64,000 nt of DNA from Polaromonas sp. (GCA_043778205.1 JAYWGO010000012.1:10029-74028); one strand, 5' to 3'; positions 29,993 to 39,195 are shown, counted from the stretch's first letter. Numbers and translations: made by a program. Notes: generated by a model not told the origin, from the letters alone.

Positions 29993-30571
29993 CTAATCGA
30001 GGTTAACGATGCGCACGCGGCGGTTCTCTGCGGCTGTGGGGTCGGTGCTGTTGGCCAGTTCGCTGGCCCCTTTGCCAGCGGTTTGCAGGCGCTGCACGGC
30101 AATGCCTTGGGCCACCAAGGTATCGCGCACTGCGTCGGCCCGCTGCTGGGACAGGCGCTGGTTGTAGTCGGCCCGGCCTGTGCCGTCGGTATGGCCTTCT
30201 ACCGCAAACTGCGACTTTACCAGCGCCTGCGACTGCAAGGCTTGGGCTAAGTTGGCCAGCGCCTGCTGGCTCTCGGGCTTGACGCGGGCCGAGTTAAAGT
30301 CAAACTGAATCAAGAGCGACAGCGATGGCTTGGGCGCAGGGGCAGCGGTTACCGAAGTGCCTGTGTTGGCAGGGCCGGCGGCCTCTACCGTCAGGTTGCG
30401 CATGCTGCGCGACAAAGGAACCGGCGGTTTTTTAAGCTGCTCGACCATTTGCTCCGCCGACGGCGTTACCGCGGTTTGCGCCCCTGCCGCAGGTGCCCAT
30501 AGCGCAGGCCCCCAAGCCGCACTGGCCAAAGCCGCCGCCACCAGGCGGCGCGCCCACATCATTGTTTGCAT
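29993..30571 (-). CDS. OmpA-family peptidoglycan-binding protein
   Basis: 192 aa. Signal peptide, then FDFNSARVKP...VEGHTDGTGRADYNQRLSQQRADAV...NRRVRIV. Confidence 0.85.
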   Translation of the reverse strand: MQTMMWARRLVAAALASAAWGPALWAPAAGAQTAVTPSAEQMVEQLKKPPVPLSRSMRNLTVEAAGPANTGTSVTAAPAPKPSLSLLIQFDFNSARVKPESQQALANLAQALQSQALVKSQFAVEGHTDGTGRADYNQRLSQQRADAVRDTLVAQGIAVQRLQTAGKGASELANSTDPTAAENRRVRIVNLD

Positions 30572-30680
30572 ACAAAGTTCCCAAAGAAATAGTACCTGCG
30601 TGGGGGTGCCTTAACCGCCCCTTCGGCGCAAGCGGCGCGCGCAGCCCACACCGCCCACGCTGTGTGTATTTTGTATGCAA
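30566..30680 (-). promoter_or_regulatory. long-range inverted repeat bracketing the 5' leader and start codon of the OmpA-like gene
   Basis: TTGCATACAAA (30566..30576, containing the start codon complement CAT at 30569..30571) is the exact reverse complement of TTTGTATGCAA (30670..30680). Confidence 0.35.
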
Positions 30681-30767
30681 TTGTCACTGAATTTAGGCTG
30701 TTTTTCCATCCCATGAATGTGGGATGCCGCAAACCGCTTTTGCAGGCAGGCATATGACAAGCCTGGC

Positions 30768-31637
30768 CTAGCCCACCATGCCGTTCCAGCCCAGCAACCC
30801 GGCTACCCAGTTCATAAAGCTGCCCGCTACCGCACAGGCCACCGACGCAGCCAGCATGGCGCGCAAACCCAAACGGTGGGTGCCCATGCCCGAGTGGGCC
30901 TGCTGCGTGCCTGGCCAAGCGTACAGCACAGCAGCGGTAACGCACACGCCCCCCAGCAGCCAGGCAGAAAACGCTGCGCGCAGCCACACCAGCGGCGGCA
31001 CACGGGCAAAAACTATGTCGATGGTGGTGCGCAGGTCGCCCACGGCCAGCACCAGCGCCGCCAGCAAGCCAAAGCCCAAGGTAAACAGCACCAGCAAGCA
31101 CGCACTGGCCGCCGCCACGGTGGCATGCGCCATGATCAGCGGCACAGCGGCGTGTGCCGCCTGGGCGGAGTGGCGGGCAATGTCTTGCATGTCAAAGTCG
31201 CCTTGCAACTCGGCCTCGGTCAGGCGAATAGCGATGTCGGGCGCGTTTTGCATGGCCATGGCTTGGGCACAGATCATGGGCGCAATTTGCACCACCCACA
31301 GTGGCCACAGCGAGGTCAAAATCAGCGACGACTGCTCTTGCAGCGTAGACGGCAGCACCACAAAAATGGCCACCCCGGCCACCAAGCCCAGCACCACCAA
31401 AATGGGCAGCATTTGGCGTATCTCGTGGTTGCGCTCGCGGTGCATGATGCTGCGCGCCACTGGTATACGCCAACAGGCGCGGTACCACCACAGCTCGCCC
31501 AGCGCGTACCAGCGCAGCTTGGCAGGGGTGAGCAGTAAAGAGTTAAGGCTTAAGCGCTCTAGCTTGCGTTCGCGCTTGAGGTCGCGGGCCCTGTCGCGCG
31601 GTGTGCTGCGGGTGGGGTCGGTTTGGCTGGTGCCCAT
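30768..31637 (-). CDS. polytopic inner-membrane protein (possible MlaE-like permease; uncertain)
   Basis: 289 aa. Charged N-terminus followed by about 5 hydrophobic helices. The two long plus-strand ORFs over the same DNA are Ser/Thr/Cys/Arg-rich antisense artefacts. Confidence 0.55.
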   Translation of the reverse strand: MGTSQTDPTRSTPRDRARDLKRERKLERLSLNSLLLTPAKLRWYALGELWWYRACWRIPVARSIMHRERNHEIRQMLPILVVLGLVAGVAIFVVLPSTLQEQSSLILTSLWPLWVVQIAPMICAQAMAMQNAPDIAIRLTEAELQGDFDMQDIARHSAQAAHAAVPLIMAHATVAAASACLLVLFTLGFGLLAALVLAVGDLRTTIDIVFARVPPLVWLRAAFSAWLLGGVCVTAAVLYAWPGTQQAHSGMGTHRLGLRAMLAASVACAVAGSFMNWVAGLLGWNGMVG

Positions 31638-31688
31638 AGTGTGTGCCTTGTACCTGCTGTGTGCCTGCGGCTGACTCTTGGTACCAGC

Positions 31689-32618
31689 CTAAGGCGCGCG
31701 GCCGGTGGACAGTGTGCGGCCTGCGGCGGCGCTGCGCTGGGCCAGGTCGCCGTAGCGGGCTGCGCCTGCGCTGTCGCCCAGTGCGCTGCTGGCACGCTGC
31801 AGCAGGTCAAGGTCAAGGGCTACGCGGTCGGCAAAGCCCAGGTCTTGGTCAAGCTGCAGGGCTTGCTGTGCGTCTACCAAGGCAGCAGCCGCTTGGCCTA
31901 GCGCGAGCTGGGCCTGGGCGCGCGCGCGCAAGGCGTTGGCGCGGTCGTTGTTAGCTTGCGCGCTGTTGGTGCTGCTCAGCTGCGCTGCGGTCAAGGCGGC
32001 GCTGGCACTGGCTGCGGCGGCAGACGGGTTGTTGGCAGCCAGCTCGGTGCGGGCGCGCAGCACCGTGATGGCCGAGCGCTGGGCGCAGGTGTTGGCGCAC
32101 AACTGCAGCGCGCTTTGCACATGGGCTGCGGCGCGCGTCACGTCACTGCCCAATGCCAGCGCAGCGGCACGGCCGTGGGCAGTGGTTTGCACGTCTACGC
32201 TCAGGCCATCGGTGTTTTGCAGCAGGTTGGCCACCAGTTTTTGCGCATCAGCCACCTGCCCGGCATCGCCCAGTGCGCGGGCTTGGCTCAGCCGGGCGCG
32301 GGCTTGCGGCTCGGGCAATGCCAAGGCTTCGTACACCAGCGCCGCCACGGCGTAGCTGGCCGCAGCGCTGGCAAAGTCGCCTGCAGCAAACGCCTGGGCC
32401 GCCCGGCGCTCGGTGCTTTTGGCACTTTTAATGGCGGCATTGTCTTGCTTCACATCGGCCGAACTTGCGCAACCGACTATTAAAAGTGGTGCAATTAATG
32501 CCGTGCACAGTTTGCGCAAAGCCCTTGCCCGTTTAGCCAGCTCTGGCTGCAGCACGGGCACGGCCTGCCCTGTGGTTTGCCTACATTCGATTGACGCATT
32601 GGGCAGAGTAGGCATCAT
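31689..32618 (-). CDS. Ala-rich helical-repeat (TPR-like) lipoprotein
   Basis: 309 aa. Lipobox LLIVGC after a basic n-region, followed by repetitive Ala/Leu-rich helical sequence. Its ATG overlaps the upstream MCE gene stop by 4 nt. Confidence 0.55.
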   Translation of the reverse strand: MMPTLPNASIECRQTTGQAVPVLQPELAKRARALRKLCTALIAPLLIVGCASSADVKQDNAAIKSAKSTERRAAQAFAAGDFASAAASYAVAALVYEALALPEPQARARLSQARALGDAGQVADAQKLVANLLQNTDGLSVDVQTTAHGRAAALALGSDVTRAAAHVQSALQLCANTCAQRSAITVLRARTELAANNPSAAAASASAALTAAQLSSTNSAQANNDRANALRARAQAQLALGQAAAALVDAQQALQLDQDLGFADRVALDLDLLQRASSALGDSAGAARYGDLAQRSAAAGRTLSTGRAP

Positions 32619-33721
32619 TTGGCAACCCCTGCTGGTGGGCCTTCAAAGCCGTCTAGGTTCAGGCTACCTTCTGCAGGCGGTGGTACCAAGTTTTTCAAGG
32701 GCCACGCGCGTTTAAGGCCATCGGTCATCTCGGCGGCATCTTGCGCGGTGGTGCGTGCAGCGCGTAGTGCCGGGGGAATGTCTTGCCGTGCGTCGCGCAT
32801 AATTTGCTGCACATCGGCGGAGCTTTGCTTGACGTTGTCACTGGCTTGCACGGCGTTGTCTAGCGTGGCCTTGGTTTTGCTGGTCAGTTGCGGCACATCT
32901 TGTTCGATGGTTTTCAGCGCACTGCGCGCGCTGTCGGCAGCAGCATTGGCCTGGGTAAGCACTTTTTGCATATCGCCCACCAGCGCTTTGCGGTCACCGT
33001 CCAGCTTGCCTGCTACGCTGGCTGCGGTGTTGCCCATGCGCTTGAACTCTAGGCTCATGGTTTCTAAATTGCCCAGCACGGTGCTGATGCTGGCGCGCAC
33101 GTCTTTGCGCATTTCGCTGGCTTCGCCGGTGAGCTTTTTGGTGTCGTCCAAAATAGGCTCTACTTTGCCAATGGCAGCGGCCAGTTTTTCAATCGCCACT
33201 TTCACGGTGCCCATCACGTCTTCCAGCTCGTTGCCGCTGTCCATGGGCAAGGTGGCCTCGGCCTCAATGCGTTTGCCCTCTAAGGCACCGGGCACGATGT
33301 CGATAAATTTGCCGCTGATCGGGCCGTCGCGGCCAAACTTGGCGTTGGCACCTGCGCTAATCAGCTTGAGCCGCTCTTGCACCACGCGCATGCGCACTTT
33401 CACGTTCAGGTTGGGCTCCAGGTCAATGTTGTCGATCTCGCCGATCTTAAAACCCTTGAGCTTGACGGGGGTGCCCACCTGCACACCTACTGCGCCAGGC
33501 AGCACCACAAACAAATGCGCCGTTGGCGTAAACCAGCCTTGGCGCCAGGCTGACAAGCCCATCAGCACCAAACCAGAAACCACCGCCAAGATGAGCCAAA
33601 ACCGCCCGGGGTTACCGCGCGCCATCTCGGCCATGTCGTGGTCTAGCAGCGCTTGGGCTAGGTTGGGCGCATCCTTGGGCTCGGGGGCAGACGCTGGCGG
33701 TGGGTTATCTTGCACAGTCAT
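32615..33721 (-). CDS. MCE/MlaD-family protein with a long helical C-terminal extension
   Basis: 368 aa. One TM segment, then the MCE core VGTPVKLKGFKIGEIDNIDLEPNLNVKVRMRV, then about 200 aa of coiled-coil-like sequence. Confidence 0.8.
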   Translation of the reverse strand: MTVQDNPPPASAPEPKDAPNLAQALLDHDMAEMARGNPGRFWLILAVVSGLVLMGLSAWRQGWFTPTAHLFVVLPGAVGVQVGTPVKLKGFKIGEIDNIDLEPNLNVKVRMRVVQERLKLISAGANAKFGRDGPISGKFIDIVPGALEGKRIEAEATLPMDSGNELEDVMGTVKVAIEKLAAAIGKVEPILDDTKKLTGEASEMRKDVRASISTVLGNLETMSLEFKRMGNTAASVAGKLDGDRKALVGDMQKVLTQANAAADSARSALKTIEQDVPQLTSKTKATLDNAVQASDNVKQSSADVQQIMRDARQDIPPALRAARTTAQDAAEMTDGLKRAWPLKNLVPPPAEGSLNLDGFEGPPAGVAK

Positions 33722-33764
33722 GGGCTAGAGGATAGCGCATCCCACACGGCACTGCGTGTCCAAA

Positions 33765-33806
33765 TGAAAAAAGCGGCAGATGGTGAGGTAGTCACCGTCT
33801 GCCGCT
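33765..33806 (-). terminator. Rho-independent terminator of dsbA
   Basis: On the minus strand GCGGCAGACGGTGA-ctacc-TCACCATCTGCCGC is followed by TTTTTT. It lies about 20 nt after the dsbA stop. Confidence 0.65.
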
Positions 33807-33825
33807 TGTAAGCATGGCTAGAGGC

Positions 33826-34494
33826 TTAAGCGGATTTGCGCGACTGGGCTACCAAAAAGTCAACCACCTCCAGTGCACGCTGCATGGTTTGTGCCAGCGC
33901 GCCTGAGGTATAGAAGCGGCCCGCAATACCTAAAGCGGGCACGCCGTCGACTTTGAATTCGTTTTGCAACTGGGTGGCTTTGCGTGCCTTGGAGGCCACG
34001 CCGAACGAGTTGTACATGGCCTCAAACTTGGTTTTGTCCAGGCCTTGCTTTTCAGCCCACGTAGAGATAGCGGCGGTGGTATTAAGGGCTTGCTTTTCCA
34101 CATGGATGGCATAGAAAACTTTGCCGTGCAAAGCGTCTACTTTGTTCAGCGCCTCCAGGGTGTAGTACAGGCGCTGTTGCGGTTCAAAGCTGGGCTGAAA
34201 ACTCACCGGTACGCGGCGCACAGACACGTCTGTAGGCTGCTTTTTAATCCATGCCTCAAGCTGTGGCTCAAACGCGTTGCAGTGCGAGCAGCTGTACCAA
34301 AAAAACTCTACCACTTCCACTTTACCTGCAGCAGCCTCGGTGGCCACGCGTTTGTCGAGTGCCAAATAGTCGGTGCCTTCTTGGTAGTTGCGTGCAGCCT
34401 GCGCCTGGGCCAAAGGCGCGCTGGCCAAGGTTGCCATAGTGCCTGCCGCAGTGCCTGCTGCAGCCAAGCCAAAAGAAAAATCACGACGTAACAT
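33826..34494 (-). CDS. dsbA: thiol:disulfide interchange protein DsbA
   Basis: 222 aa. Signal peptide and active site FFWYSCSHCNAFEP (CxxC). Confidence 0.9.
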   Translation of the reverse strand: MLRRDFSFGLAAAGTAAGTMATLASAPLAQAQAARNYQEGTDYLALDKRVATEAAAGKVEVVEFFWYSCSHCNAFEPQLEAWIKKQPTDVSVRRVPVSFQPSFEPQQRLYYTLEALNKVDALHGKVFYAIHVEKQALNTTAAISTWAEKQGLDKTKFEAMYNSFGVASKARKATQLQNEFKVDGVPALGIAGRFYTSGALAQTMQRALEVVDFLVAQSRKSA

Positions 34495-34617
34495 GTAGTT
34501 GACTCCAAAATAGCCGCACTGCGACTTTGCACTTAAAAAAACTAAACCGAATGCCCTTACTTACTGGCCATGCATACTGACTCTGGGCCTACTTAAAGGT
34601 TCCCGCCATCCACTGCC

Positions 34618-35421
34618 TTAGCGCTGCACCCGCACTAGCGCGGTGTCAAAACCGCTGCCATCGAGCTTGTCCTTGGCTTTCTCCGCATCGTCTTTGTTGC
34701 TAAATGGCCCTACCCGCACACGGTAGACCGTGCGGCCCGATTGTTCACGCTCAGTCACTTTGGCATCCATGCCCATCATGGCCAGCTTGGCACGCTGGCC
34801 TTCAGCGTCTTCAGCCGTGCGAAAAGCCCCCGCCTGTACTTGGTAAGTAAACGGGTCAGCACCGCCTGCGGTTGACCCAGCTGCTGGCGCGGGCAGCGTG
34901 GTTTTAGCTTTGGCCAAGTCACCCAGCGGGTCGGCACTGGCAGGCTGGGCTACCGAGGGCGCTGCTGGCGGTTTGGCTGCCGATGCGGCTGCGGTTGGCT
35001 TGGCTGCAGAAGCTGCCGCTTTGGCCAGGGCTGCGCTGGCTGCCGCTGCGGCTTTGGCGGCAGTAGCAGCAGCTTTGGCTGCCGAGGCGCTGAGTGCAGG
35101 GGCCGATGCGGCAGGCGCTGCCCCGTCAGGCGCGGTGCCCACCGAGCCTGAGGCTGCTGGGTTGGGCTTGGCCGGGTTTTTACCGTACAGCGGGGCGTTG
35201 GGGTCCCAGTCTTTGTTTTTCTTGGTTTCGGCTGCGTCTTGCTCTGGCCCGGTACCGCGCGAAGTGGCTTTGTTGACGAACGGTACGGGCACTTTGGTAA
35301 CGTACACGGCCACCGCCAATGCTGCGCCCAAGCCTACCAGCACGCCGATGATGATGCCCAAAATCGTTCCGCCGCGCTGGGCCGGAATGAAAGAGCGTGG
35401 TTGCTTCAATTGCATAGTCAT
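34618..35421 (-). CDS. SPOR domain-containing cell-division protein
   Basis: 267 aa. N-terminal TM, Ala/Pro-rich linker, and a C-terminal SPOR-like segment YQVQAGAFRTAEDAEGQRAKL...YRVRVGPFSNKDDAEKAK. Confidence 0.8.
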   Translation of the reverse strand: MTMQLKQPRSFIPAQRGGTILGIIIGVLVGLGAALAVAVYVTKVPVPFVNKATSRGTGPEQDAAETKKNKDWDPNAPLYGKNPAKPNPAASGSVGTAPDGAAPAASAPALSASAAKAAATAAKAAAAASAALAKAAASAAKPTAAASAAKPPAAPSVAQPASADPLGDLAKAKTTLPAPAAGSTAGGADPFTYQVQAGAFRTAEDAEGQRAKLAMMGMDAKVTEREQSGRTVYRVRVGPFSNKDDAEKAKDKLDGSGFDTALVRVQR

Positions 35422-35424
35422 ACC

Positions 35425-37194
35425 CTACATCTTAGTGGGTGCGGACACACCCAGCACCGCCAGGCCGTTGCGCAGCACCTGGGCTGTGGCGCTAACGAGC
35501 GCCAAACGGGCTTTTTTCACGGCCACGTCGTCTACCAAGATGCGCTCAGCATCGTAGTAGCTATGGTACTGGCTGGCCAGGTCGCGCAAATAAAAGGTCG
35601 CATCATGCGGGGCAAAGCCTTGGGCGGCATTGGTCAGCATGTCGGGGTATTTGGCCAATACCAACATCAGCGCCTGGGCAGCGGGGGTGTTGAGTGGGCT
35701 GAGGTCTGCCGCGTTCAACGCATCTGCCTTGCCGCCGTCTTTCTCAAACCAAGCAGCCAATACCGAGCAAATGCGGGCGTGGGCATATTGCACGTAGTAC
35801 ACAGGGTTGTCGTTGTTTTTGGCCACGGCCAAGTTCACATCGAAGGTGTATTCAGTGTCGGGCTTGCGGCTGAGCAAAAAGAAGCGCACTGCGTCTTTGC
35901 TGGTCCACTCGATCAAATCGCGCAGCGTGACATAGCCGCCTGCGCGTTTACCGATTTTGACCTCTTCACCGTCTTTGATCACCCGCACCATGGTGTGCAG
36001 CACATAGTCGGGGTAGCCAGGCGCTACGCCCAAGCCTGCAGCCTGCAGGCCCGCGCGCACACGGGCAATGGTGCCGTGGTGGTCAGTGCCTTGGATGTTG
36101 ATGGCGCGCGTGTAGCCGCGCTCCCATTTGGCCAGGTGGTAGGCTACGTCAGGCACAAAGTAGGTGTACTGCGGGCCTGCCTTGGTTCCGTCCGCGTTGT
36201 CTGAAGTTGATTTGCGCCCGTCGGCACCGTCAGGGGCTGACTTTCTCATCACGCGGTCTTTGTCATCGCCATAGTCGGTACTTTTGAGCCACAGCGCGCC
36301 GTCTTGCTCGTAGGTTTTGCCCGCTTTCACCAGCAAATCTACCGTTTTGTCTACCCGCCCGCTGGTATACAGGCTGGATTCTAAAAAGTAATTGTCAAAC
36401 TTTACCTCAAAGGCTTGCAAGTCCAGGTCTTGCTCGTGGCGTAAGTAAGCGACCGCAAACTGGCGAATGCTGTCAAGATCGTTCACATCGCCACTGGCGG
36501 TAAAACTGCGGTCGTCTGCCTGTACGGTTTTTTGGGCTAAGAAGTCGGCGGCAATGTCGGCAATGTAGTCGCCGTTGTAAAAACCTTTGCTTTCGGGGTT
36601 GTCTGGGTCGGTAGGCCAGCAGGCATCGCCCGGCTTAAAGCCTTTAGCACGCAACTGGGTGGACTTGGCCAGCGTAGCAATCTGCACCCCAGCGTCGTTG
36701 TAGTAAAACTCTCGGTACACCTGCTGGCCCTGGGTGGCCCACAGGTTGCAAATCGAGTCGCCCAGCGCCGCTTGGCGACCATGGCCCACGTGCAGCGGGC
36801 CAGTGGGGTTGGCGCTGACAAACTCCACCATCATCTTTTGGCCAGTTTCTTTTTGGTAGCCATAGCAGTTGCCTTGCGCCAGCACCTCACGCACCACCTG
36901 CTGCTTGGCCTCGGGTTTAAGGCGAAAATTAATAAAGCCAGGCCCGGCAATCTCCACCGCAGCCACCCAGTTGCTAAACGCCTGTGTTTTCAAAAGCGAC
37001 TCGCGCAAAGTCTCGGCTAAAGCACGCGGATTGAGCTTAAGCGTCTTGGCCAGCTGCATCGCCGCCGTGCAGGCAAAGTCCCCATGCTCGGCCACCTTGG
37101 GCGACTCCAGCGCCGCCCGCGCGCCTGCGCCAGGACTCAAAGATTCAAGTTCGCCAGCCAGCGCGGCCAGCAGTTGTTGTTTCACTAATTGCAT
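35425..37194 (-). CDS. argS: arginine--tRNA ligase
   Basis: 589 aa. Class I signature [14 protein letters not shown], and a GKRAGG stretch at the position where a KMSKS-like loop would be expected (position judged by eye). Confidence 0.95.
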   Translation of the reverse strand: MQLVKQQLLAALAGELESLSPGAGARAALESPKVAEHGDFACTAAMQLAKTLKLNPRALAETLRESLLKTQAFSNWVAAVEIAGPGFINFRLKPEAKQQVVREVLAQGNCYGYQKETGQKMMVEFVSANPTGPLHVGHGRQAALGDSICNLWATQGQQVYREFYYNDAGVQIATLAKSTQLRAKGFKPGDACWPTDPDNPESKGFYNGDYIADIAADFLAQKTVQADDRSFTASGDVNDLDSIRQFAVAYLRHEQDLDLQAFEVKFDNYFLESSLYTSGRVDKTVDLLVKAGKTYEQDGALWLKSTDYGDDKDRVMRKSAPDGADGRKSTSDNADGTKAGPQYTYFVPDVAYHLAKWERGYTRAINIQGTDHHGTIARVRAGLQAAGLGVAPGYPDYVLHTMVRVIKDGEEVKIGKRAGGYVTLRDLIEWTSKDAVRFFLLSRKPDTEYTFDVNLAVAKNNDNPVYYVQYAHARICSVLAAWFEKDGGKADALNAADLSPLNTPAAQALMLVLAKYPDMLTNAAQGFAPHDATFYLRDLASQYHSYYDAERILVDDVAVKKARLALVSATAQVLRNGLAVLGVSAPTKM

Positions 37195-37290
37195 AGGGGG
37201 ATTTTACGGGGGATGTTGGCCAGGGCCGCCTGCACACATTAAGGTGTTCTTTAATATTCTCGTAGCCTATTAAAGAACTCTTTAATTGCG

Positions 37291-37731
37291 CTAGCCAACC
37301 ACTACCTGTACACCCACCAAAGCCATGCGCGCCGCTGCTGCCTGCCCATGGTCAAAAGTGACGAAGTGGGTAGCACCCAAACGCGCTGCTATGACAACAT
37401 GCAGTGCATCCGCCGCCCGCAGCGGCTGGCTGGCAATTTGCACGGCCAGCTCGCCTGCTCGAACAATGTCAGTTGAGAGCGTGGGAGCGGAAGCAAACTT
37501 GGCGGCACGCAGCACATCCAAGGCCGAAGCCACGGCGGACACATCAGCCGCGTCAATCAAACCCGCTCGGTGTTTGGCCGCGATGGCGCAGCGGTACTCA
37601 GCACAAGCCCAGTCGCTGCATACACCGCGCAAGCCCTGCGCCATCAAGCGATTGACCAAAGCCTGCGCTGCGTCGCTGCCCGTCTCTGCCGTGAGCAGCG
37701 CCACGGCCACGCTCGTGTCCAAGTAGAACAT
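37291..37731 (-). CDS. vapC: type II toxin VapC (PIN domain)
   Basis: 146 aa. Starts [13 protein letters not shown] (first PIN Asp), with later acidic residues. Preceded by a small antitoxin gene. Confidence 0.8.
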   Translation of the reverse strand: MFYLDTSVAVALLTAETGSDAAQALVNRLMAQGLRGVCSDWACAEYRCAIAAKHRAGLIDAADVSAVASALDVLRAAKFASAPTLSTDIVRAGELAVQIASQPLRAADALHVVIAARLGATHFVTFDHGQAAAARMALVGVQVVVG

Positions 37732-37744
37732 CAGCCTGCGCGTG

Positions 37745-38026
37745 TCAGTAGCGCGCGCTTTGCCGCCACTGGGCTACAAAATTCTCTGCACTGGCAGGTG
37801 CACGCGACTTGCTGCGCGTTTGAGCAACAAAGCCAGCGATATCGCCCAGCCCGGTGGGCACTTGACTGGAGGGCGTTACTTGCAAGCCATCCGCTTGCGT
37901 ACCCGACACCAAGATCAGCTTGTAACTAGGCCTGCCGTGCTTTGCGATGACCACCTCTTCCCCTGAGTCCACCAAACTGGCGAGCTCGCTGAGACGCGCT
38001 TTGGCTTGGGCTAGGCCGTATTGCAT
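37745..38026 (-). CDS. type II antitoxin (Phd/YefM-like)
   Basis: 93 aa. [27 protein letters not shown] is the typical Phd/YefM N-terminal pattern. Confidence 0.75.
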   Translation of the reverse strand: MQYGLAQAKARLSELASLVDSGEEVVIAKHGRPSYKLILVSGTQADGLQVTPSSQVPTGLGDIAGFVAQTRSKSRAPASAENFVAQWRQSARY

Positions 38027-38281
38027 GGTGATTTCCTAAAAATAGTCACTAAATGATCATAATTATAGTCTATGAATGACCTAAAGTCAATGTCGGCCTG
38101 CGGAGTTCTCCCAAAACCGTCAAGGCCGGTCACGTACACCCCGTGTATTTGCGCCGCTAGCAATTCCGGTCAACTTTCCCAAATCGGCACCGTTCGTCGG
38201 CTTGGGCATTACCAGGCTTTTCACATCGTTGAGCAACAAGGTCACCAACGCTATCAAGCCCTCCACATAGCTTGGCTCCAC

Positions 38282-38596
38282 CTAGAGGTAACCCTCGTAT
38301 TCTGCCAAGTTGCGTTTGTTATGGGCGCTGTCGAGCTGCCGCCACTGCACCGCCGTCCAGCCCACGGTGTGCTGCAGCGTTTGAAACACCAGATAACGAT
38401 TTTCACTGCGATACCCATGCCAGCGCAATGCTGCCAAGCCCGCCGCATGCCCCACGGAATAGGCGGATATAAAGCGCCCTTCCAGTGAATTGGATTCTCG
38501 CTTGGCATCCTCAAGATGCTTATGCGCCATTGCCAGCAAACGCTCCACATCCAGGGCACTGGCTGGCTCAGCTTTGAGTTGCCCAATTTTCACCAA
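38282..38596 (-). CDS. small helical protein downstream of the wHTH-nucleotidyltransferase gene (HEPN-like partner, tentative), ending at an in-frame TAG
   Basis: 104 aa. RNLAEYEG resembles an Rx4-6H HEPN motif but the His is absent. The reading frame stays open for 53 more codons after the TAG (see findings). Confidence 0.5.
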   Translation of the reverse strand: MVKIGQLKAEPASALDVERLLAMAHKHLEDAKRESNSLEGRFISAYSVGHAAGLAALRWHGYRSENRYLVFQTLQHTVGWTAVQWRQLDSAHNKRNLAEYEGYL

Positions 38597-38614
38597 ATTT
38601 TAGCGCAGTGCTGT

Positions 38615-39187
38615 TCATGCCACGCTCCCATACAGCACCTGAATGGGCCCGGCCAGAATGCGCTGCACTACCGACCCGGTTTCTGCACGGCGGGCACTGA
38701 ACTCGCTTGGCATATACAGCTTCACCTCAATGCGCCGCCCCAGTTGCTCCTCCAACGGGAACAGCACAGCCAGCGCATCACCCAGCTGCACACTGCTCGA
38801 TACCAGCAGCACATCCACATCGCTACCCGCATGCTCAGTGCCCTTCGCCACAGAGCCAAACACCAGTGCTACTTGCAGGCGGCTGGCCAGCGGGCGCAGC
38901 GCATCTGCAATGGCCGGCACAGCCCCAAGCGTCTTGCGCACCAGATTGGCCAAATCCGCAAACACCGGGCTATCAGGATTGGCCTTCACCCGGCGCAGAT
39001 TGCCAATGCGTTCCTCCACCACCAGGCCTGCCACATGCAGCCGCTTGATCTCCCGCTGTAGGGAAGCACTGGCCAACGAGGTCAAGCGGATCAATTCTTG
39101 AATATGGAACCAGCGCTCAGGCTGGCCAAACACCCACTCCAGGACTTTGGACTGGGGTTGTGTGAACAGGGCTTGGACGGACGGCAT
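38615..39187 (-). CDS. winged-helix plus minimal nucleotidyltransferase (MNT-type) protein
   Basis: 190 aa. NTase motif FGSVAKGTEHAGSDVDVLLV. The N-terminal ~70 aa are wHTH-like (LIRLTSLASASLQREIKRL). Confidence 0.75.
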   Translation of the reverse strand: MPSVQALFTQPQSKVLEWVFGQPERWFHIQELIRLTSLASASLQREIKRLHVAGLVVEERIGNLRRVKANPDSPVFADLANLVRKTLGAVPAIADALRPLASRLQVALVFGSVAKGTEHAGSDVDVLLVSSSVQLGDALAVLFPLEEQLGRRIEVKLYMPSEFSARRAETGSVVQRILAGPIQVLYGSVA

Positions 39188-39195
39188 GTACTAAA

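Noticed and set aside
30707-30726. Hairpin CATCCCA-tgaatg-TGGGATG between the membrane-protein gene and the OmpA-like gene, considered as a terminator separating two operons
   Set aside because: On the transcribed (minus) strand it is followed by an A-run, not a T-run, so it is not an intrinsic terminator. Operon continuity therefore remains open.
30778-31674. 298-aa plus-strand ORF (and the 273-aa ORF at 30717..31538) overlapping the membrane-protein gene
   Set aside because: The translations are Ser/Thr/Cys/Arg-rich with no hydrophobic-core pattern, typical of antisense frames in high-GC DNA. The minus-strand frame gives a coherent polytopic membrane protein.
32619-33728. 369-aa plus-strand ORF opposite the MCE gene
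   Set aside because: Ser/Leu/Ala-rich low-complexity antisense translation. The minus-strand frame contains a clear MCE core motif.
35239-36204. 321-aa plus-strand ORF inside argS, and 34898..35557 opposite the SPOR gene
   Set aside because: These are antisense shadows of well-supported genes and carry no motifs.
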